Of a DNA stretch of 64,000 bases, positions 44,277 to 57,362 are shown in pieces. Each line of letters begins with the position of its first letter. Within the stretch, counting starts at the first letter, position 1. Below the pieces are notes generated by a model. It was not told the DNA's origin. It saw only the letters and a program-made list of their open reading frames with translations, and did no database searches. The stretch is taken from assembly GCF_009914755.1 (NCBI RefSeq), contig NC_060947.1. The stretch is one strand, 5' to 3'. Both the position numbers and the translations under genes were made by a program. The stretch is from the human T2T-CHM13v2.0 reference genome, Homo sapiens.

Positions 44277-44826
44277 ATATGGTGGGTTGAATGGTGTCAC
44301 CCCCCCCCACCCCCAATATATGTCCATGTCCTAAACCCTGGAACCTGTAAATGTGACCTTATTTGGAAAAACGGGTCTTTGCAGATGTAATTAAGGATCA
44401 GGCTAGAGATCTTCCTCCAGCACAGGACAGAAGGAGTAGTGGGGAGGGAGGCAACCCAGAACACCTGGATAGGACTGGACTGGAGAGGTGTCAATCCTCC
44501 TGGATTATCTAGGTGGATCCTAAATCCAAAGACAAGTGCCCTTATAAGAGACACACAGAGGAGAGACACAAGAAGAGTAAAAGGCCATGTGAGGATGGAG
44601 GCAGAGATTGGAATGATACAACCACAAACCGAAAAATGCCTGGAGCCACCAGAAGCCGGAAGAGGCGAGGAATGATTCTCTCTGAGAATCTATGAAGAGA
44701 GCACAGCCCTGCTGACCCATTGATTTTGGACTTCTGACCATGAGGGCTGTGAGAGAATAAATTTCAGTTGTTTTAAGCCACCCAATTTGAGGTAATTTGA
44801 TATGGCAGCCCTAGGAAACTAATACA
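44277..44826 (+). mobile_element. MLT1 (MaLR, MLT1C-like) solo LTR with an internal foreign insert
   Basis: tggtgggttgaatggtg...gaacctgtaaatgtgaccttatttggaaa...gcagccctaggaaactaataca. Confidence 0.88.
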
Positions 44827-46734
44827 CTCTCTTTCCTCCTCTACCCAACCTAAATGTTTCTGCCTAATAATATCTAAATGTTTCATCATTGGTGAGTTAC
44901 TACTTTGGTTAAGCCATTTCATCACGTGTTGTCTTCATGTATAGCACTCTGTGAGTAATGCCCTCATACCTCAGGGCTAAAGACTTTACTAGGAATCTTC
45001 CTCTAGCACAGGATAGAAGGAGTAGGGGGGAGAGAGGCAACCCAGAACACCTGGATAGTACTGGAGAAGTGTTAAAAAGGGGGGAAAGATCAAGAAAAAG
45101 ATAAACAGGGACTAAAACCAAATTTTCTGTAAGGTCAGCTTTGAAGAAGTAATATTAATAGAGGCCGAATACTACTTTAACAGCAATAGTCCCATATAAT
45201 AAGAAGGAAAAAGTCTTGCAGAAGCAAAAAATACTAATAATATTGTCTCCGTTGTTGGCCCATATTCCAGAAAGTCTGTTAGAAGAATGCTCAGACCAGT
45301 CTAAAAGCCTCATTCTCACTGCTCAAAGGCATTTCTTTTGTTATGCTTACCAAATTAGGCATATTTTGAATACATGAAAAAAATTGTTTCAAGCTATTAG
45401 CAATTGAATAATCATAAAGGGAGCTAGGCAATAATGAAAGATGCAGATCAGTCTGGGCCTCCAGCACAACTCTGAATTTGATATGAGCTTTTCTTCACAT
45501 TCCCCCATCCTGGTCTTCAGCATTCCTGGAGATGTTGTTTAACAAGCTCCCAGGCAAATCTTTCCAATGCCCAACTGCCCTTACTGTTAAGATGCTTCTC
45601 CCAGCTCTAATAGCTAACTTAAATTTCAGTTTCAAGCCATTGCGCCTTGTAATTACATTCTCGGCCACTGTAAATAATCCGTGCCCTCTATTATATCTTT
45701 CCCCTTTCCCTATGATAGGAACCTGTGGAAAAAGGAATCAGTTGCCTTGTTAGTACAACATACACACTGCACCTGAGCAAAATGCAACCAAAAGAAAATC
45801 AAACACTCACTCTTGATCCCCGAGTGAGAAGCGCTGTTATTGATCTTTTCCTTTTTCCCATTCTTCAGCTTATCCGAGTGTCTATACTAACGTGCTCTAG
45901 TGCTGTGGCATTTATGCCATCTTGGGGAATAGCTGTGTAAATGCTCCAGTAATTTTATACATCTTCAACATAGTGTTGTGTTAGAACTTGAGTATCTGAA
46001 GGACTGGGAAGGATAGATTTTCCTCCTTCTCCTACCCTCATGTAATGCAAATCAGAATCCTCACTAATTCACCCTCCTTCTGCATGTTACTAAAGTCTAG
46101 ACTTGGTGGCAACCCTTTGCTGTGGAAGAGATTTAATGGAGGAGAAAGTGCACAGGAGTAGAGTTGGCAAGCAAAGCACTGCAGAGCAACTATAAGAAAC
46201 TTGGAGACACAAGAGTTCTTGGTAAGCTGACACTGGAAGCTAGAGGACATTGTTTCCAAAACACCCACACGTACATTAGTGAATTCACTTTTCTCTGAAC
46301 CAAATGTTTCCTAAAATTGAGGGAAATATTAGGTTATGAATGCAACACATAAAAGATTTTTCAATGATGCTCAGTAATAACTTTTTTACTCCTTGCTTTC
46401 TTCAGGAGCTATGAAAAACACAAATAAATTATCCAAACAGGTGATTTGGAGATTTCCCTTCCATTCCTATGATTTTAGTGAAAAACTCAAAAACAGTTAA
46501 GAGTAACTTCATTCTCCCATCAAATCGTGGGTGATTCAGACACAGAGATCTCCAGATCCCAGTGTGGGCTCCAAGAGGTAGCACCAGGAGGGCTCTAGAT
46601 CAAGCGGAATGAACCAAGCCTGGATCCAGAGTCTCCCTGTGGCTTGCCAGTCTTATATAACTTGTCTTCAGAAAACCACCAGCTCTTGAGAGGACAGCAG
46701 TTTGGTTCAGGAATATCTGCCTCATTTATTTTTT

Positions 46735-47056
<322 letters not shown>

Positions 47057-47524
47057 TGCTTTTTACTTTTTAAGGGAAAACTGAAAGGGAAATGGTGACA
47101 CTATGAGGCCAGTTGGCCCAAACTGTGCTGACCATGCATGTCTTAGGAGTGCTGGGTTCAAGGTAGCTGATGCTACACTGGGTTGAGGCAATGATGGAAA
47201 CAGGTTGATACAATCATTGAGGCAGTTCAACTCAAAGGATGACCTTCACCAAACAGGAAAAGAAATACCTATAACCCCAGGCTGCTGGGCTGCCTTCGTG
47301 ACGTAGCATTCCCACAGGTTCAAGCCACTGGTCTTCCCATTTCTTCCTCTTTCCCCCTCAATCAACGTGGGGACCACTCCATACATGGCCGTCGTCTGTC
47401 TACATGTCTGCTTCTCCTACCAAGAGCAGGGAGAGGGGAGTATTTGAATTTGAATCCCTAGCATCTCACACATACTGGGTTCTCAAAACTGAATTGAGGA
47501 GTAATTCCTACAAATGCTGAACCC

Positions 47525-47760
47525 ATCACAAGAGTAATCATTAGGAACATGGCTCTGGAACCAGACTAACTGGGTTTGATTAATTTCATAGCTATTTGAT
47601 CTTGAACAAGTCATTAAACCTCTCTAAGCCTCAGTTTCCTCATCTGTAAAATGGGGGAAACAATGCTATCCACCTGGTAGTGCTGTTGTGAGGATTAAGT
47701 AGGATGTTGCCCATAAAGAGCTTAGCACAGTGCCTGGCTCAATAAATGTTAACGATTATT
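47525..47760 (+). mobile_element. MIR
   Basis: aacctctctaagcctcagtttcctcatctgtaaaatgggg...ttagcacagtgcctggc. Confidence 0.8.
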
Positions 47761-50700
47761 AGCACCGCCCCCATCACAGGTGCTCAATAAAAACTTGCTG
47801 AATTGAAGTCACGCTAGTGGGAATGACTAGCAGATGTGAAGGCAACCTAGGCTTTTTTTTTTTTTTTCCTTTTTAGTTTTTCCCACCTCACTGCACCAGA
47901 TGACCTCTGTGAATGTTTTTTCTGTTTGTTTTTGTTTTTTAAGAAGAGAAAAAGGATAGAATAGGGGATACTTAGGCTGCACTTTTGCACTGATACCCAT
48001 TTTTCATTCAGGGCAGAAAACCAAGTCTGGCAAAGTCAGGCACATGATTTTCCAAGAAATATAACAAGGCTATTAAAAACCCTAAATTAAATTTGTATAA
48101 TGAGCATGAATCTGAATACATTTAAATGTCCTCTAGATCCAGTAATTCCAGCAACATCCTAATATATTTTTAAGTGTGTTTTTGCAACTGTGAGGAGACC
48201 AAGGCTCTAAAACAGCAGAATTTCTTCAGGGGTGGGGGTGGAGCGGCAACACACAATTGTCATGAAAATTAACCCCTGAAAATGCACAGGACTTTATTAC
48301 CAAATGGATGCCTGAGGAGATTACTAGATTTTTAGGGTCTTTACTATAAAGAGAGCAACCTGCATGCCTGAAATAATTAAGAAGAAGAGACTCAATTATC
48401 CAGTAAACTGAAATTTCAAACCACCCTGCTTACCTAAATGAGAAAAGCTGCTTAGACTAAAGCGTCATTACTTCTATTTAGACGAGCCTTAGCAAAGATA
48501 TACAAGGAGCTAAAGAATGGGACCCCACATTCTTCCCTAAGCCACAACAATGCCTGTTTATGTAAATAGGATTTTCAATAACACAACAGAATCTGAAAAA
48601 AAGTTTTCATTATTGTCTCTGAAAACATGCAAATGCAGAAGATGAAAGTCAAGGGGCTTTCACTATGATGGGCACTGAATACCCTAAAATATTTATTCTA
48701 CGTGAATCTGAGCCTGGATTCCAAGTGCATCTAAGAAACAGGCAATGAGGATTTCTCCTTTAAAAAAAAACATCTGAGTGCAATATGAGGAGGCACAAAG
48801 GTTTCTCTGACTCCATGGCAAGTTGAATGCATATGCAAAAAAACCCCAGTTTAAAAAGAAATAAAAATAGTAGTAGATATCTATTTACCTTTATTTGGCA
48901 GCCCCTTCCAAAATCTGGGCCAAAATATAAATATCCTCGCCTCCATCATCATCACTAGATGACAATCAAACACTCCTACACGACCATAACAACCTCCAGG
49001 CACAAACTAAAAGCTCATTAAAGAGTATATGAAGGCTATTTCTAAAAGAACTAAACAAAGAAGGAAAGAACTATTAGCAAAATTAATTAGACGATTCATA
49101 CTTTTGACAACTATTACTATTTGTTTGAACTCAAGTGTCTAACTCCTTTACTGACAGGTATTGATGACTATAGCGGTACCACATATCTAGAGTTTTAAAC
49201 TGACCTTGTAGCTTTTTGGTTCAAGAACTCAGGTTTTGACCTGTACTCCGTATATCAGCCTTCCTGTTGCTGTTTAGGCAGCTGATAAGAGACAGAAATC
49301 CTTCTTGCTCATTAGGCCACTAGCTGCTGTTAAGCAAAGGGCTGGGGAGGGGCGTGCTCAGTGGCCCAGAGGAATGTGCCGGGCTCCACATATAAAGCCA
49401 GCTCCGATCTGGGGTTAAGAATTTAACCTTAAAAGGCTGACAAGTCATAAATTTGCTTGAGGTTCATATATATGTGTGACTTTCACAGTTTATATTTCCT
49501 AGCCAGGACCCAGAGTCAAAACATGCCTCCTGATTAATGAATGGTACTAATTGTTATTCCTGACTTGAGAACATTAGTCTTTATCCGTAATATTTTCTTA
49601 AAAAACACACAATCTCATACCTAAAACTCTCTGGCTTAAGGGAGTTTGGATAACCAGTTAGAAAAAAAAAAATAGGAAGAAGAACCTAATGTTATCTGTT
49701 ACTTGGTGCTACTATTTTGGTAGTCAAGATTGACTAAAAGGCTTCCATTTAATTGTGTCCATCAAGCAAAGTGCAAAGGAATGTCCTCCAAATCTAAACA
49801 TCTGAGATAAAGCAACTATCTGCGACTCTATGCAAAAAAATGAGCTGGGGGGTGGGGTGGTGGGAAGGTGGGGAACAGGGCTTAAATGTCTTCAAGCACA
49901 TTTTGTCTAACTTATCTTGTTAAATATTTATACATAAGTGCATAACCTAACAACCTTGGCCAAGCTTGGAAGAGATAATAGATACAGGACAAACAACAGA
50001 GCCCCATAAGTATAAAGACAAAGAGAAAAAATACCAAGGAATAGTCCAATTGGAATACAATCTCTAACCTGCAGTCAAAATTGAAACTGGGACAATAAAA
50101 CCCCACAAGCAAAACAATGTCCCTGAAGTGTGATAACTTCATCAGGGAAAAGCAGGTTATAATTTGGTTAGCTTACAAGGTAGGTGTCAGTTTTAACCCA
50201 CACTAGCGCTGTTTCAAAGGGGCTCCCTTATCTTCAGAAAAAAGGAAAGCATTCAATGTAAGAAAAGAGATTTCTAAGAACAAAGATGCAATTTTCATTT
50301 ATTGAGAGTTATGACAAGGTGAGACAGAATGTAAACTACATAGCAATGATCTGAGGTACACAAGTCAGGTCATCTAGCCTTGTTCTATCTGTATAGAAAG
50401 CTTTTTAAATACTCAGTTCTTAGAAAATGGAATGTAAATTCATTGGTGTATATTTTAGGGCTCTTCATTTTCAAACTAAAGAATAGTATTTTACAATATC
50501 TCAAGATAAGTAAACCAGGTACCCAAATAAAATATGTGGGCAGAAATTGAAAGCCTGTTTTCTCTCCATTGAGGACAGACAGAAGTGGAGAAGGCAGAGG
50601 AAAATGGAGGAAGAGAGAGGAGAGATGGAAATCAGAAGCTACGGGGAAAGGAAACACAGCTTAAAACTAAAATGCAGAGGAAAATATAAAACATTCCACT

Positions 50701-51849
50701 CATCTTTTTTTTAAGAGAGAACAAGAAACAAAACCATTTAATAAATATAAAAAACCATAAAGCACCTTCTGTTCTAAATTATAATCAGTTGAGAGAGGGT
50801 GTGAGGGTAGGAGGAAGGGGAGAAAGGAAGATGCGGAGAACAGTCCAACAGACAGAAGGAGGGCCCTCAGTAGCTTCAGAGGTATATTGAGCCCCAGGAG
50901 GGCTGTGATGAGAGTGCACAGAACATCCGTTGTTCCCCTTAACTGTGGGTGTTAGAGTAACCTAGGCTACTTCTTATCACTACTCTATGAAATGTTGAGG
51001 AGCTTTTCAAGAATCTTACCCATTTTACCCCGAATTATTAGTTGGTAGTAAATTTCATTACCACTAGGATCTAATTTGAAGCTAAAACTGGATATTGTTG
51101 GGAAAAGACTCTGAATGATTGAATAAATGCTGGTTCCAACATCTCCTTCAAGCTTCATAAATGAGGCAACCTTACACTCTCAAAGAACAAAGAAAAAGCA
51201 ATCTGACAGCTTTTGAAGGCCAAAAAACCCTTCAGGCAACGTTATTAAATTGACCCACAGCACTGAAGTTTTAAAGCCAAGAAATGACTTAGGTTTTAGA
51301 AATTAACACTTGTATAAAACCTTCAGAATACCATGGGGAAAATAATCCTTTATTTCAGAAATAAACTTTGAAGTTTGAAAACAAAGCAGAAAACCTGTTT
51401 CTGAAAACAGAAAGGACTATTTGAAACACTGAGCACAGTTCTTCCACAGCTCTTTGAAACTCTTCAATAGTTCCACTCTGACTTCTGGAGATGGCCAAGT
51501 AAGATATACCCCAGAATGCCAGCAAAAGAAAAAGTGGGAAACCATTAGTTCCCTATGGGAAGAGCCAAATGATCTCAGGAGATAGCTGCCTCTGGTCACA
51601 TTAAATTAAGCCAAGGCCAAGACTAGAGGTTCTACCCATCTAAGGCAGCAAAGGCAGTACTTTCCAACTAGTTACAAATTATTAGCCACTGAGCAGAGAT
51701 CCTACTGGCTCTCCCTAGCCCATTCAATATCACATTCTCATTCATTGGCTCAGTCTGTTATACTTAAATAGAGGGCATGCACGCCAAGGCCATAAGAGTG
51801 AGAGACATAATAGACAGAGGTAGACTTGCAAGATTTAGTCACTTAATTT

Positions 51850-52285
51850 GGGTGTGGGATGGGTAAAAGGAGAAATCAAAGACAATTTCAAGGTTTCGAG
51901 TTGGTGCCAGACAGAGATACCATCACCAGAAATATAGAACGTTAAGGAGAGGCAGGTTTGTGTGGATGGGAAAAGAAAATAATGGACTAATTTTTGGCTC
52001 TGTTGAAAATGAAGCACTGGCAGGACTTCCAGATGGACATGTCCAGCAGACAACTGGGAAATACTGAGCTGAAGAGCAAGGAAGAGGTCAGGTTGAATCA
52101 TTCAAAGAGCAAAGATAATGAAGTCATGGGAATGGATGTGGGAATAAGCAAAGAGAGAACGGAAAGGGCAAAAGACAAACACTACTGGGACACTTACATC
52201 CAAAGTGTAGGAGGAAGAGGGCAAACAAGCAAAGACTGAAGCGAGTAGGAAGGGAACCCAGAGTACACAGTGTCACAGAAGTTGA
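51850..52285 (-). mobile_element. L2 fragment
   Basis: ggagaaatcaaagacaatttcaaggttt...ccagatggacatgtccagcagacaactggg...tgaagtcatgggaatggatg. Confidence 0.65.
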
Positions 52286-52364
52286 CAGAGTATGGGAATT
52301 TAAGTCAAATACTTTATATCCAGACTATATCCCTTCCTCTCATACTCCAGTAGGTATTCTGGAA

Positions 52365-52572
52365 ACAGCATGAGCTATGGAGTAAGACAAACCTGGGTGA
52401 AAATTCCGGCTCCGCCACTTACACAACCTTTGGGTAAGTAAACCTTTCTGAGCCTCAGTTTCTTCATCTGTAAAATGGAGCTGACACCACCTACCTTTCA
52501 GGTTTCCTGTGTTGATTAAATGAGAGGTTAAATATAAAGTAATTGACATATAGTAGGCACTCAGTAAAGATT
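52365..52572 (+). mobile_element. MIR
   Basis: aacctttctgagcctcagtttcttcatctgtaaaatgga...acatatagtaggcactcagtaaa. Confidence 0.8.
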
Positions 52573-53160
52573 AATTTCCATAATCTTCCCTCGTGGTCCT
52601 TCTAAACTATTCCACCAACCTGAAAGTGGTGTCAAAAAATCAACTGGAATACAAGGAGTTTCAAGCTTATGTTGAAAGAAACACTGATGAAGGCAATCTC
52701 TTAAACAACAGAGAAATGAAAGAAACCATTTATGCCAGAGAAACAGAAAATTATACAACCCTCCCCAACCCCTAAACCAAAAAATAATACATCTCCATAG
52801 ACACTTATGAAAGATCAGCCCAATTACACAAGTATTCCTAGCGTTTACTTGGAACCACATGTTTCAGAGACCAGCCATCAGGGCCAAGTCTGAAGCAGAA
52901 TACAGACCAGAGCTCCAAAAGCTACATATTGTTACAGTTTTCATTCTTTACATTGGGAAAGTACTGCCCTGGGGGAGGGACAGAGGAGCCACCATGTTGG
53001 AACCACTAAAGTTGCTGGAACTCAGAAGCTACAGACACTTTACGAGTGGTTGCACTGTGTGTACGTGAGCTATATGAGGGCAAGGCTTTCACAAGACAAA
53101 TGTAATGTGTGATTGTGAAAGATCACCTACTGCTAAGAGTAACAGCTAATAACTTTCAGC

Positions 53161-53534
<374 letters not shown>

Positions 53535-53779
53535 TGATTCTTTGATTCTAATATATTCCTCTACATAGAGATGTGTGTGTATGCACGTGTGCACATGCAC
53601 GTGTGTGTGTTTGGTAGTACATTATCTTATTTGCAGAGTCTTGGATCATGACAACATATACTCATACTTTCTCTTAATCAAGAGGGTTCTTGAAGTCTTT
53701 GGCAGGTTTTTTTTTTAAATCATCAGATGTTGGCAAAATACATTTTAATACATGCCACATGCAAAAGCCTGGAAAATAT

Positions 53780-54878
53780 CATCCACACTCACGACTTCCA
53801 ACTTAAGCCTATATGCTGATGAGTCCCAACTATGTGCTTCTCCTTAACTCCAGAAGAATATATACACTCTTTCCCAGTGAACTCATCTGTTCCCAGGGCT
53901 TCAATTACCATCTATATGCTGATAATTTCCAAGTATATATCTCCATCCCTGATTTCTCCCTCTTTTGTAATCCAAAACGCAACTTGAACTACCTAGCAGA
54001 CATTTTCTACCTCCATCATCAAAGGACCTTTCAAACTCAATCTGTTTGAAACCAAACTGATTATTTCAGCCCTTAAAAACATGTTCCTCCTATATTTCAA
54101 GCACACTCATTTGTTCAACAAATATTTACCAAGCACCTATTATGTGCCACAGCACCACCACCCAGAAAAACCAAAAGTTCTAGATTCTCCCTTCTGTCCT
54201 CATATCCAGTCACTAAGTCATGTCTATTCTACTCCCTCTATTCTCTCAAGTTTAGCTTTTATTCTCCTATTTATGGTCCCCTGCCCTATCACCTGTGTTA
54301 CTAAAACTCCCTGCCACCGCTCACTCTCCAGTCATCCTCCAACTGAATAATGTTTCCCTTCTTAAAATGTTTTCAAGGCTCCTCATCATCCTTGGGTATA
54401 ACCCAAACTCCTCAGCATTTCCTATTTTTCTAATTCATCTTCACTCCACTTCCACATCTGTGCTCCAAGAAATCCCAACTATTCCAGTCCAACAAATGTG
54501 TCATGTGTCATTTTGCCTCTTAATTCTGTACCTTTGTACATGCTTTACATGAAAGCCCCCTCTTTTTTTTTTGAGACAGGGTCTCTCTCTGTCACCCAGG
54601 CTGGAGTGTGGTGGTATGATGGTAGCTCACTGCAGCCTTGAACTCAGCCCTCTTAAGACAACTAGGCAAATTCCTCCATAGCTCAAGAGCCCTCAGGCCT
54701 CCACATGGTGCCCAGCTCTATAGCAGGCCACAGTCATGCTGCCTTGGCATCTATGTTTTTCCTTGCCTGGATCCCTCTCTAGGCAGGGAGCTCCTTGCTG
54801 GCAGTGATTTTATCTTGTTCATCAGCTCCTAGCTCAGTACCTGGCATAGTATCAGTGCTCAATAAATGTTGGTTGAAG
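53780..54878 (+). mobile_element. L2 fragments including 3' end
   Basis: cccagggcttcaattaccatctatatgctgataatttccaa (L2 RT region); acctggcatagtatcagtgctcaataaatgttggttgaa. Confidence 0.65.
54563..54645 (-). mobile_element. Short 5'-truncated Alu (J-like)
   Basis: gagacagggtctctctctgtcacccaggctggagtg...gcagccttgaactc; flanking agccc(cc)tctt repeat. Confidence 0.88.
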
Positions 54879-55745
54879 TAAGAATAAATTTTAAAAACTT
54901 TTAAATATTTATGCAGAAATGGCATATAAAGTTCATTATTAGTGAGTTCCTTTTCTGCAAATTTCCATCTGTTTTCCAAAACAGATAACTGTGGTCCTCA
55001 GTGCAATCACTCCATGAAACCTAACCTGGAAACTGCTTCTTGGGTCACATTCTCATTTCTATGGCACTCAACATGCAAAGCTGCCAGTGCTAGAAGTAGT
55101 TCTCCAAAGTGGGCCAAATTAGCATTATTGGTGACTGTCACTACTTAACAAGGATAACATCTGTGTACTTGGGGAAATGATGGAACTTGATTTTAAGAGT
55201 GGTAGCTCTATGATATCAGTGACGATTAGCTCTGCTACAATTTCAGGCCAATCCAACTGAAAATGGTTTACTCAATCTCTGAAAGCTGTACCCACTAGCT
55301 CTCCCCCAGAAAAATTAGGCTTAGTCTCTAGATTATTAAAGGCATAAAGATGTAGGGATATTATATATGTGTATATGAGTGTACAAATATGTGTGTGTAT
55401 GTGTGCTGGAACCAGGCAGGTTGCTGGAAGTCAGAAGTGACAGACACTTTATGAGTGGTTGCCTTGTGTGTACATGAGATATATGAAAGCAAGGCTTTCA
55501 TGAGACAAATGTAAGGTATGACTGTGAAATACCACCTACTGCTTAGAGTAACAATTAACTTTCAAACAGTTTAAATAACAGAAATATTTATTAATTATTG
55601 CTGTCTAAATAATAGAAATCGTTCTATACATACATAAAATCTATGAATATAAATACATAAAACATATCCAAACACCACACTTAGGTAAAGCTATAGTTAA
55701 AAAATATTTCTTTACTTGTCATCTCCTCTTCAATCGTAAGTTTTA

Positions 55746-56177
<432 letters not shown>

Positions 56178-56979
56178 TTAGTTTAGACAATGATACATTC
56201 AGAGAATCAATGTTCTATAGTTATATGCCACCCCAGGATCTCACTGGACAGTGGTCAAGCTCTCTAGACTATGTCTTTAGGTGTTTATTCTTACATTCAT
56301 TCCAACTAATTAATCAATCCATTAAAAACTCTGTACAAGGCACTCTACTCACCACTCTAGAGGATATCATGATGAATCAAACATGGTCCCTGCATTCAAT
56401 AAGCATAGGGTCTGGAAGAGGCCATGAATAAGCTACATATTTCAAAAAACATGGATAATAAGTGAGAAGTACAGATAAAGTATTTCTCTGAACCAAATGC
56501 AATTGGGACATCCTTCTGTATTCTCTCTGCACACATGCAAATTTCCATACTCAAATATTTTCCAATCCTTTCCATCTGTCGTATGCCAGCTAACTTTCTA
56601 ATATATACCAAGTGAAGGCTTTTAAACTCCTCCCTATATCTGTCACTCTAACTCTTTCTCCCTTCACCATGTTTCCATCAGCTTCAATCATTCAAACCAA
56701 AGTTTGACAAAGAGCAATGAAGAATCCCAGGGTGACATGATACACACTGTAAGTACTGATATGCAGGGTTTGGGAGAGAGGGAGCAGAGCCATAATTAAG
56801 GAGAAGAGTATGCAAATAGAATTCTGATTTTTGTTTTCAAATGAACATCATCCCTTCGTTTTTTATCCTTTTTCCTACTTGGGCCTCTATTTGAATATTT
56901 GAAAGAACTTCCCATCAACTTTCAATTAGTTTACCTAGGCAACTAATTGAAAGTTTGGCCTAATGCAGACAGAAATTAA

Positions 56980-57362
<383 letters not shown>

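Larger units (their letters stand above)
43642..44926. repeat. Inverted repeat, arms 43642-43836 and 44730-44926
   Basis: Arms are reverse complements, roughly 90% identical by manual alignment. Confidence 0.93.
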
